Assembly (NCBI GenBank): GCA_043228905.1
Contig: JBHGNT010000003.1
Span: forward strand, 18,538,001-18,602,000
Source: Azolla caroliniana
Taxonomy: Eukaryota > Plantae > Polypodiophyta
DNA length: 64,000 bases
Reading direction: 5' to 3'
A program made the position numbers and the translations under genes. Below the pieces are notes generated by a model, which ran no database searches, was not told where the DNA came from, and was given only the letters and a program-made list of their open reading frames with translations. This document shows, piece by piece, positions 49,353 to 61,160 of this stretch (position 1 is its first letter; the number at the start of each line of letters is the position of its first letter).

Positions 49353-52300
49353 GTCGTATTCGACTGCACTTCACAAAGGTAAACTCTCCTTCATCTAGTT
49401 TCTCTTGCAACCAATGATACTGTCTCTGTATGTGTTTGGTTCGCGAGTGGTAAGCATCGTTCTTCGCTAGATGTATGGCACTCTAACTATCACAATGAAG
49501 TAAGAATTCTCTTTGCTTCATTCCCAACCCACCAAGAAAATTTCTCATCCATATCAGCTCCTTGCTAGCCTCTCCCATGGCCATATACTCTGCCTATGTG
49601 GTCGACAAGGCCACAGACTTCTGCAGTCTTGATTGCCTCAACATTGCTCTCCCTGCATGGGTCATCACATAACCAAATGAGGATCAGCTTGAGTCTACAT
49701 CCTCGAACATGTTTGAGTCGGTAAACCCTTCGAGCATACGTTTTCCGACACCATACCTGAGGCACACCCTCGGGTTGCCTTTCAAGTACCTGAGTATCCA
49801 CTTGACTGTTACCCAATGATCTCTTCCTAGATTACTCATATATCGGCTTACTGCTCCCATAGCAAATGCTATGTCTAGCCTCGTACATACCATAACATAC
49901 ATTAAACTGCTGACAGCCGAAGCATATGGTATTTTCTTCATCTCGGCTTTTTCCTTCTCACCTTTTGGGCATTGCTTGTCATTCAGCTTGTAGTTTGTCA
50001 GCAACACAGAACTGATTGGCTTTGCTTCTGACATGTTGAATCTTTCCAAGATCTTTGTCACATATTTTTCTTGTGACAACCATAACACTTTCTTAGTTTT
50101 GTCTCAAACTATGTGCATCCCCAAGATCTATTTGGCAGGTCCAAATCTTTCATGGCAAATGATCTGCCTAGGGTTTTCTTTAAGCTCACGATCTTCTTTG
50201 TGTCCTGTCCGGCTATTAACATGTCATCTACATATAATAGGAGAATCAAGAAGTTACCTTCATCATACCTTTTTACAAACACACAGTGATCAACTTGTGT
50301 TTTATGGAACCCATGTTCCAGCATGAAGGATTCGAACTTCTTGTACCATTGGCGTGGAGCTTGCTTCAAACCATACATTGAGCTTTTCTTCAATTGACAC
50401 ACCAGGTTCTCTTTTCCCTTCTTTACAAAGCCTTTGGGCTACTACATATAAATCTCTTCGTCTAACTCCCCATGCAAGAATGTTGTCTTGACATCCAATA
50501 ATTCAATCTCCAGGTTCATACTGGCAACTATGCTAAGAACAGTTTGAATGGATGTCATTTTCATGACTGGTGCGAATATCTCGTCAATGTCGACACCCCT
50601 TTTCTGTTGAAATCCCTTCACCACAATTCGAGCTTTAAATCTGGGTGTCCTGTCGACTTCTCTAGTCTTCGCCTTGTAGAACCATTTATTCCTTAGTGCT
50701 CTCTTACCTTTTGGTAGCTCCACCAAATCATAAGTATAAATTTCTTGCAAGGAGTCCATTTCTCCTTGCATTGCACTCAGCCACTTCTCTTTGTGTTCAT
50801 CGGCTATGGCTTCATCATAACATTCCGACTCACCTTCATTAGTCAAGAGGACGTATTGAATGGCGTATTGTGTGGGAGGTCTCCTTTCTCTGAGTGGATA
50901 TCTCCTGCCTCCCATTGTCGGCTCAAGTTTGGATGTTCATGCTGACTCTTCATTCGGCTCGAGTTCATACATGTCGGTCGGTTGCTGAAGATCAACTGAC
51001 TCTGACTTGTATTCCTCAATCGACTTCAGTAGGTCACAAACTCAGACTCAGACTCATATGTGTTTGTTAGTTGCTCCGAGTCAACCGACTCAGATTCGGC
51101 TCTTCCGACTGGCTGTCTTCTAACAATCCACTGTGTCGAGTCGACTAGTTCTGTGTTCGTAGTTGGCCAAGAAGACGACCCCGACTACTGCAGTTTCCAG
51201 TCTTCGATGCACACTACTTCTCCACTCCTCACAACCTTCTTATCAAGAAGGTCCCACAGGCTATAGCCGAATTCATCCTCTGAATACCCCAGGAATATGC
51301 ATGGTTTCGACTTGCTGTCGAGCTTCGACCTATGATCCTTAGCTACATGCATATACACCAAGCATCCAAACACCTTCAGGTGTTGGTAGGAGACATCTTT
51401 ACCTATCCACACCCTTTGTGGGGCATCACCTTTCAGAGGAATTGAGGGAGACCTATTGAACAGATAAAAAGCCATGTACATCGCCTTAGCCCAATATGAT
51501 TTTGGCGGCTTTGCATGCGACAACATGCTCCTCACTCTTTCCATAATTGTCCAATTCATCCTCTCTGCAAGCCCATTCAACTTAGGGGTCTTTGGCCTTG
51601 GGCCTTGTAGTATTCTTCGACTCGAATACCTTGGGCCTTGTAGTATTCTTCGATTTATCCGTTGTACTCACCACCATTGTTGGTTCGAACAACCTTCAAC
51701 TTTCGACCAAACTCTCTTTCAGGTCTGACCTGAAATTCTTTGAAGACTGACCATACTTGACCTTTCGACTTAAGTGCAAAAGCCCACAACTTTCTGCAGT
51801 AGTCGTCGATGAATGTCAAGAAGTACTGTCCACCACGATGCGATGGAGCATCCATGTAACACACATCCATGTGGACCAGTTCTACTGCACATTCTCTCTT
51901 TTTTGGTGATCTTGAGTGGAATAATGCTCTGTTCTGCTTTCCACCAAGCAGTCAACACACTTCTCTAGGTGCACTCCTTTTACTTCTGGAAGGAGTTTCT
52001 GGTCGGTTAGGATATACATTCCCTTCTCGCTCATATGGCCAAGCCTCTTATGCCATATCTCTCCACTCGACTCGGCAACCACATTCGCTTCATCCTTACA
52101 CAGCTTGGCTTTCATCATATACAACGTGCCCTATTTTGTGCTTGGGCTACTATGAAGTTCCCCCTATAGAACTTCCATTTGCCATTTCGTAAACTACCAA
52201 TGTAGCCTTCATTGTCCAAATCTCCAAGTTGATATCAGATTCATTATGATATAAGGACATGTCGAACATCCCTCAGGGCCAGCCGACAACTAGTCGACGC

Positions 52301-53002
52301 CATTAGGCACACACTTCCTATGCCAACTATCTTGCATTCTCCATTATATCCTATCTTCACATAGCCATAGACACCGGCTGTGTAAGACGAGAACCACTCT
52401 CTTGAAGGAGTTATGTGGAATGATGCACCGGAATCAACCACCGAGGTGCACTCTTCATTTGCAAGGTTTGCGCTTGCTTGCTTGCAAATGATCAAGAGTT
52501 GCTCTTTGCTTGTAGCCACGACTGAAGTGCCCTTTTCCTTATAAATCTTTCTGGGTGCGACATCATTTGAGACACTTTTGTCCTTCTTAAAGTGTCTACA
52601 GTCCTTCTGAAAGTGTCCAGGTTTTCCACAATGAAAGGATGTAAGCTTACCTCGAGACTTGGATCTGGCATGTGACTTGTACCTTCTTTGTGGACTTGTT
52701 TGTTTGTTCCTTCCTCTCCCCGAATATTGCAACACATTTGCATCTGACTGGGATAGGACACCCTTGTCCTTCCTTCTTGTCTCCTCGTTCAAGATACTTA
52801 TCTTTACCACTGGTAGAAACAAGTTTTCTTCTTGACACAAGGTGTTGAGAGTCACCACCATGTTCTCCCAACTGTCCGGCAATGTACACAACAACAACAG
52901 GGCTTGCATAACATCATCAAAGGGAAATTTGGTTGCTGCAAGTTTATTTACTAATCCCATAAATGTGTCGATGTGCACCACTTTGCTTTCTCTGTCTCTG
53001 TG

Positions 53003-53113
53003 CTTTAGCCTTACTATCTTTCTCATCAAATATGTCTTGTTGAGAGCATTTTTCCTCTTTAGCCTTACTATCTTTCTCATCAAATATGTCTTGTTGAGAG
53101 CATTTTTCCTCTT
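53003..53113. repeat. 54-bp in-frame tandem duplication in copia gag
   Basis: KRKNALNKTYLMRKIVRL repeated twice. Confidence 0.9.
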
Positions 53114-54220
53114 GTACAACCCTAACAACTCCTGCCACATCTTGTAGGCATTAGTGTCATTAGCCACATGTTGAAGGACACTCACATCTACGCATTGGCT
53201 GATGGTGGCCACTAGCTTCCTATTTAGGAGTTTCCATTCAGAATCTAATACCCCTGTGTGTATTTCTTCTCTATCGATGGGCTCATACAGATCTTTGACA
53301 ATGAGAAGATCTTTCGTTTTGATCTTCCAGTTGGAGTAGTTATGTGAGTTTAGGACTATCATGCCTAGGAAGTCGCTCACACCTGCTTCCATTTTTGCAC
53401 CTCTCGCTCTGATACCAGTTTGACGAGATAGGACCATATGTTCTTGAGAAAGATAGACTGAAATATGCAAACAAAACAGAGAAGAACAAAAATGTACAAT
53501 ACACAAGATGTTATGTGGAAACCCTAAATACGGTGTCGTGAAGAAAACCGTCCACAAGCGGAATCGGTGTACCGGAGCGTAGAAACCGACTCTTCATGCA
53601 CGTGCGCCTTAAGTTGTACATAGGAGATCCTAGGTAGATTTGGTAGGTAGGGAGTAAAGGGGGGGAAACGGCTCCTTCCTTGCCTATAAAAGGAGGGAGA
53701 CGAGGAGAGTAAAGGGATCGCGGAGAGTCGAGGACGAAGTGCTGTCGGTTTGCGTGCGAAGGCTTCTCTCTCTCTCTCTTTGTGGTTGCAAACGCCATAG
53801 CTTCCTTCTGTGCAGGTTTCGGGAGGCCCACGCTGCTCTGAGGAATGCCCGAGTGCTTCTGGCAGCACCTCCAACCTACTCATCCCCCTCTGTGCGTTTA
53901 CGAACAGGTATCGGCATCTGTTCGCCGGCCTGTTCGGTTGTAACCGACTTCGTGTTTTGTTGTCTTCGTGTTCTTGTTGTTTGTCTTGTCAATACATACA
54001 TACTTTCGTGTCTTTCTGTGTCGCTGTCCCACTCGCGTCTTTGCGTCGAACAACCGTGTACCTGTGAATCTACGCTCGCACGTAGTGGGTCTCTCTCTCT
54101 CTCTCTCTCTTACTCTTCGGTACAGGACCCCCGAGGTCCCGCCTCACTCCACGCATCCGCGAGGAATACCTCGACATATTTGGTGAACCCGACGTGAAAG
54201 AGGCGGCAGAAGAGCAGAAG

Positions 54221-56346
54221 ATGAAGGGGTCGGATCTAGCAGAGGCCATGGCTTCGGCCGTGGATCGGATATTGAGCACACGCGAGGGCACCGGTGCCCT
54301 CGACAGAGCCATTCAGGCGGTCGTCGGTACGATTGACCGTTTCAGCGGAAAGGATGCTACGAAGTATTTGGCGTCCTACGGGGCGGAAATGCTGATGCGG
54401 GACATTCCGGAAGAGAGGCGTCTTGCCGGGTTCCCTCGAGTGGCGATGCCGAGCATCCATGCGGAGGTGCTCGAGGTACGGGCGGAGAGCCGTACCTGGG
54501 AGGAGTTCGAAGGCCGACTCCTAGAGAAATATGGGCTGGACGACGCGCTCCGGCTTTCGAAATGGGACTTCATGGAATGGGTGGAGTCCCCCGACAAAGG
54601 AAGAAACGCGTCAGCACTCCTCCGGGAGTTCGAAGAACGCTTTGCGCGCCTTTCGGCGCTTGACCGAACCATTCTGGATACGAGCCGGGTCCTACTGTTC
54701 GTCAAGTCGGTGGACGAGCGGGAGCGGGATCAAGTCGGCTCCTTGCTGGAAACTGAAGACGGGCTGACAACCGACTGGGCTGCGGTTAAGAGAGTCTGTG
54801 GCCGTTTCGACAAACGGCGAGAATGGGCTGACAACGGGGCGGCCGGTGCGGGCTCTGTTACAGCAAGGAGGCTTGAACCGACACCGCAAGTGCGAAGGGA
54901 AGAAACCCGGGAATGGCTCGAAACCGGTCCGGCTTCGACCAGCATGGTCAATGGCTCGTCCGGAGGAGCAGCGCTAGAGGAGTTGACGCGGGCGATAAAG
55001 GATCTCCAGATCGCCCAGACTCGAAGGGAAGGCGGCGAACCGGCTCGTGACCGACGGCCGGCAGCGGGGAACAAGTGCATGTGGTGCGACGAGGTCGGCC
55101 ACATTCGGAAGGACTGCGGCGATTTCGCAGAGGCGTTGAGAAACCGGGTGGTGTACCTGTGGGAAGGCCGGGTGCACGCTGGCGACACCAGGAGGGCCCT
55201 GAGCCGAAACGACGGGTGAGGAGGTATGAAGAGACTGATGGGAGAGGCAGCGGCCCGACACGTGGAGGCCATCCACTACTCGGCGTCAGCCGGTATTCGG
55301 GTCGGGGGCAGCGAGGCCCGAAAGGAGAGTAAAGACGGTTTTTGGTCGGCAATGCTGGAAGGCCTCGCCGGCGCGCGGCTGAGGAAAGATGAAATGGACC
55401 GCGCTGAGAGACGGGTCCGGGAAATAACCGGGTGGAGCGATCCGGTCGAGGAGAAGACGGGCTTCGTAGAAGCCGCTTGCCGGAACTACGAGGCTCTAGT
55501 AGAAGAAAAACGAGTGGGGAAAGCCGGAGCGGCCGGGCCCTCACAACGGTACGAGACCCGATTCGGGCAACGACGGAACGATGCCGGTGGGCCCGGCCCG
55601 CAAGATAACCCCAGGAAGGGCGGGTACCGACTGGGGACAGAAATAGAAAGGACTACGGACCTACGAAAGGTCCTAGAAGAACGGATCCTCGACAGCAAAG
55701 TGGAGCTGTCATTACGGGAGGTGCTAGGGATCGCTAAGAAGGAGTTCCACGACTCCATTGTAGACTTGGTGAAACGGAAGAGACTGTCGACGGAGACGGA
55801 ACCGGAAAGACCGGTGGAGGTGCGGACGACGCACATCGACGACTCGGCACTGGAAGATGAGTGGGCGGAGAGCCACTATTCGAGGCCACACTGGGCCCGA
55901 GCGACCACGGAGACCCCGGTAAAAATCGGAGGTGTTCAGGAACCGGTGGTGGCGTTGGTGGACCACGGTTCGGAAATAAACCTAATGTCCATGGACTTCT
56001 ATAAGAAGGGAAAGTGGCCGATCAACACCAGGCACGGGTGGAAGATACGGGCGGCGACGCGCGCCACCGAGGAACACACGGGGCCTGCCCGAATGTGCGA
56101 GTAAAGATCGGCGACGTCGAGATTGACCAGCACTTCTTCGTACAGGAGACGTCCTCGCATCTGGTCATATTAGGGGAACCATACATCACGGCGGCGAGAA
56201 TGGAGACCAAGGTGCTGGACAACGGTTCGGCCTACGCGAGGGTCAAAAGCCAGGACGGGCGCCATTCGGTGCAATTTTTGACGGTGCGGCCGAACCACGA
56301 GAGAAACCGCGAGTCCCTCGGTGGCGAGAACCGGGAGGATTTTTAG
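54221..56346 (+). pseudogene. ORF1 Gag-protease (TGA at 55217, 1-bp frameshift near 56075)
   Basis: Homologous to 31824-33950. Confidence 0.87.
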
Positions 56347-59300
56347 AGAGGGCTGCCAAGGCGTGGGGCCGAGACAGTCCGGACACTCGGGAAAGACCCC
56401 ACGATTGTACGATAGGTAGGAGATTTTGCTTCTCCGACAACGGAGGGTGTATGATGGTCGGCATCGTTGGCCGAGAAAAGACAAGGGCGGAAGAGCGACT
56501 TCGAGCGTGCGGAGTTCTCGGCCCGGACGAGGAAATCAGCGGAGCCGTGGAGGCGGTCTCCTTCGACGACACCTTAGGGATGCTGAGGACGGTTGCCGGA
56601 GAAAACCTTAACGAAGAACGGACGATACCGGTATGTTCCGAAGAGATGTACGAAGTCATCGCGAACTTCAGTCGGGGGCTCGGGTCGGATCGGACGGCCC
56701 GAGTTAGCACAAAGTACAAGACTGTGGGCCGGAAGGTAAGGCCAGTCGCGACACCCTTACCGGAGGGCAGCGAGTCCCGGATCAGAGGGGTTGCGTCGGA
56801 CCCCAGTTTACGAGATCCGGCCTGCATAGGACACACCTTCACCGACGGGACGCTCCGGGAGCTCAAAATCGGTGGGGGCGGGTTCCTACTGCCAGCGGAG
56901 GAAGACCGGTTTCGGAGGATGCTCGGAAGGCACGGGAAAGCCTTCGCATTCTCACCGGAAGAGATCGGGTGCGTAGACCCAACGATCGTGGAGCCGATGG
57001 TGATATTCATGGTACCGCATGTGCCGTGGAATCTCAAGCCGATTCCGGTACCGAGAGCTCACATCCCGAAGTTGATGGAGCTATTGAGGCAGAAAGTAGA
57101 TATGGGCATTCTTGAACCGTCGAGTGCCCCATACTCGAACCGATGGTTTACCGTACCGAAGAAAAACGGAACGTTGCGCTTCATTCAAGACCTGCAGCCG
57201 GTCAACAGAGTGACCATTCGAAACGCAGGAATCGGACCGACCATAGACGAGTTCGCGGAGGCCTTTGCCGGAAGGTCGATTTACTCGGTCGGTGATCTGT
57301 ACTCAGGGTACGACTAGTTCCAGCTAGCCGTGGAGAGCAGAGACATTACGACGATGCGAACTCCCCTCGGCCTAGTGCGAATGTGTACCCTGCCACAAGG
57401 AGGGACTAACTCGGTGGCTCACATGGTAAATGCAATGAACAAGGTACTGAGGGATTGCATCCCCGACATCACCATGCCGTTTCTGGACGACATCCCGATT
57501 AAGGGGTGCCCGGTGGAGGAGAAGGACGAGACAGTCGGGCCGGACGGGTGCCGACGATTCGTGGAGAAACACATCGACGACTGCGAGAAGGTGCTACAAA
57601 GGGTAGAGGATGCTAGGCTCACCTTCTCCGGGGAGAAATCGGCCTTTGGGCAATCGGAAATCCTGGTAGTCGGACACCTATGTGGGCAATATGGCCGGAA
57701 GCCGTCTCCGGCAAAGGTAGAAGCCATCTCCGCGATGAAGACCGACTGTAGCTCGGTTACGGAAGTTCGGAGGTTCCTGGGGGCATGCGCATTCTACCAC
57801 ATATGGATCCCGCATTACGCCCATGTTGCGGAGCCGCTATACGGGTTGCTGAAGAAGGGGCAAAGATTCGAGTGGCGAGACGAGCACGCGGGGTCGGTCC
57901 GGAAGCTGAAGGAAGCTCTTGCGGCAGCTCCGGCGCTCCGGAAGGCTGTCTACGAGAAGGGTACCCCGGTATACATAACGGTGGATACAAGCCCGACCGG
58001 GATCGGATGGGTCGTCAACCAAGAAGACGAGGACGGCACCCGGTTCCCGATCCGATTCGGCGCTAAGGTCCTCAGTGAGCGACAGCGAGGGTACGCCCAG
58101 GTTAAACGTGAACTCTGGGGTATCGTTTCGGCAGTAAAGGCGGACAAAGACTACCTGATCGGGACAGAAGTGATTATCGAGACGGATTGCCTGCCGATTC
58201 TCGGCATGGTTTCCGGATGCGCAACACCGGACCTGGCGATGCTCAGGTGGATAGCGTACATCAAGTCCTTGGACCCAGAGATACGACACATTTCCGGAAA
58301 GGACAACGCCATGGCCGACATGCTTTCGAGGGCGAGGTTTGATGACGAGGGCGGCATGGTTTCGGAGGACGAAGAAGTCGGCGTGGACTTCTTCGAGGCG
58401 GCGTATGTGACGACCGATGGGACGAGCACTCCGGCACTTAACGACTTCGATGAGAGAAAGTACGACGGCGAGTGGCTCCAGATCGGTGGATTCTTGAGGA
58501 CAATGACGCCGGATGCGTCATGGACGAAGGACGAGGCCAACCGGATCCGGAAGAAAGCTTACCGATTCTTTCTCCGGGACGGATACTTATGGAAGCACCC
58601 GAAGAAGAGGGACGGCGCTCCGCTCCGGGTGGTGGCGATGAAGGAAGAACAGGAGGAGCTGCTGACGGCCTACCACGACAGCCCTTGGGCCGGACACCGT
58701 GGAACCTGGGCCACGTTCGAGAAGATAAAGGGGAAGTACTGGTGGCCGGGACTGTACCGGGACGTGCATCGATTCGTGACAACTTGCGAGAGCTGTCAGA
58801 TGCACTCCATAGTCCGACACCGGGACGAACTTCACCCTACGTACCCTCCGACCATCCACTTCAAATGGATGGTAGACTTGGTAACGATGCCGATAGGAGT
58901 AGGACAGATGCGGTATCTGGTCCTGGCTCGGGAAGATCTAACGAACCAGGTGGAAGGCCGGGCCCTTCAGAACAAAACGACTGCGGCCGTATGTCGGTTC
59001 CTGCTCGAGGACGTAATATGCCGGTACGGGTGCGTCGGGAAGATCGTGGCTGATCGCAGGGAGTTGGACGCCGAAGAGGCCGAGGAGCTGTTCGACCGGC
59101 TAGGAGTCAAGCTCTCGCTTACCACTGCGTACAATCCGGAGGCGAATGGAAAGGTGGAGCGTGGACACGGACTGATCGTCAAGGCGTTAGTTCGGGCATG
59201 CGGAGGTCGAGTCGGGAACTGGCCGCGGCTACTGCCTTACGCGTTGTGGGCTGACCGGACTATGCACAGTTCGGTAACCGGATTCATGCCGGCAGAGCTC

Positions 59301-59747
59301 ATGTTTGGCCAGAAGCCGATCATGCCGATCGAACGTACGGTCTCCTCATGGGGAACCGTGGACTGGAGAGACGAGATGAGCCGGGAGGAACTGTTGACGG
59401 CGCGCATACGACAGCTCGAGCGGAGACCAGAGGACGTGGAGCAGGCTGCGGAAAGGCTTCGGGAAGCAAGGATGAGGAACAAAGCCCGGTTCGACCGAAC
59501 ACACCGGCTCCGACCGAAGAAGATCGAGGAAGGCGACTGGGTGCTAGTCTACGACAGCGGCCTCGACAACCAGCACCGAGCGACATGGAAGTTCGCAAGA
59601 AGGTGGTTCGGGCCTTACGTGGTACAAAGCGCCAACGACAACGGGACGTACCATCTGGCGGAACTCGACGGTACGAGAATGACGATACCGGTAGCTGGGA
59701 AGCGGATCAAGACGTTCAAGAAGCGTCACGACGACGAGCCGGATTAG
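56343..59747 (+). pseudogene. pol: ORF2 pol RT-RNase H-INT in the -1 frame, TAG at 57315
   Basis: ORFs 56451-57317 and 57330-59747 are in one frame, which is open back to the ORF1 stop. Confidence 0.9.
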
Positions 59748-61160
59748 GTTGACTTGGACCGCGACGACGAGCGATCCGAAACCGAGGAAGAACCGACGGG
59801 CGGGGAATGAAGGCTGGACCGGTTTTCTCCGTCCCAACACAATTTGGCGCATGCCGGTGGATGCGCGGTTAGGTGGGGGGCGGATGTCGTGAAGAAAACC
59901 GTCCACAAGCGGAATCGGTGTACCGGAGCGTAGAAACCGACTCTTCATGCACGTGCGCCTTAAGTTGTACATAGGAGATCCTAGGTAGATTTGGTAGGTA
60001 GGGAGTAAAGGGGGGGAAACGGCTCCTTCCTTGCCTATAAAAGGAGGGAGACGAGGAGAGTAAAGGGATCGCGGAGAGTCGAGGACGAAGTGCTGTCGGT
60101 TTGCGTGCGAAGGCTTCTCTCTCTCTCTCTTTGTGGTTGCAAACGCCATAGCTTCCTTCTGTGCAGGTTTCAGGAGGCCCGCGCTGCTCTGAGGAATGCC
60201 CGAGTGCTTCTGGCAGCACCTCCAACCTACTCATCCCCCTCTGTGCGTTTACGAACAGGTATCGGCATCTGTTCGCCGGCCTGTTCGGTTGTAACCGACT
60301 TCGTGTTTTGTTGTCTTCGTGTTCTTGTTGTTTGTCTTGTCAATACATACATACTTTCGTGTCTTTCTGTGTCGCTGTCCCACTCGCGTCTTTGCGTCGA
60401 ACAACCGTGTACCTGTGAATCTACGCTCGCACGTAGTGGGTCTCTCTCTCTCTCTCTCTTACTCTTCGGTACAGGACCCCCGAGGTCCCGCCTCACTCCA
60501 CGCATCCGCGAGGAATACCTCGACAACGGGAAAACCACGGGCAACAGAAAATCACTATGACAGAGATGTACAAGGAAGAACAGAGTACAACAGTCCGTCA
60601 GTACAAATGTATCAACCACACAGGGCTCTTGCCGTCTAATATCCTACAACTATGGTGTCGCTCACTTACGTGCTCTCTCTCTTCTTACTTTCTCACTATT
60701 ACCGTCTATACAACACTTCGTTATGTTCTGCACAATGCCATGCAGTATGTTTGCCCTAGGTGTATTTATACTCATACATAGTATGAGCTATTTACAAACA
60801 TAGTTTTCATCATCATTATTATTATTATTAATCTTAGTTGATCAACCAACTAATCAACTCCTATGTTGATTTCCCAATCAGCCCGACGAGTCGACTCCCA
60901 TGTGGGCTATGCAGTCGGCCCAATTAGCCAACTCCCATGTCGGATATATCCAGTCGGCCTTCTCCTCGACTTGGAGCATCCATGATGTAGTCGACTATTA
61001 TAGTCGACTCTTTCTATCTCCTTCAGAGCAGTTGACAACCTTGTCGATTCGCTGGTCGATCTGACTGACCATCCAGTGTTTGGCTTGTCTCTGTTGGACT
61101 ACTGACTTCTCTCATAGACACCAATTACCGACTTCTCCCAGACGGGGGACATTCCTAACA

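Larger units (their letters stand above)
53534..60525 (+). mobile_element. Young full-length tRNA-Trp-primed Ty3/gypsy element
   Basis: LTRs 53534-54176 and 59885-60525 (2 substitutions plus a 2-bp CT slip). TSD ACGG. PBS TGGTGAACCCGACGTGAA at 54181-54198. PPT 59871-59884. Confidence 0.96.
49360..61160 (-). mobile_element. Tnt1/Tork-like copia element lacking its 3' end; 5' LTR 53421-61160 split by a gypsy insertion
   Basis: iMet PBS at 53417-53406; gag-PR from ~53391 (FHCGKPGHFQKDC, VVDSGASFH); INT; RT LLYVDDM; RH. LTR starts TGTTAGG at 61160. Confidence 0.87.

Noticed and set aside
53392-53557. N-terminal part of ORF 52244-53557
   Set aside because: It runs through LTR and PBS sequence; gag most likely starts at MEAGVSD (~53391).
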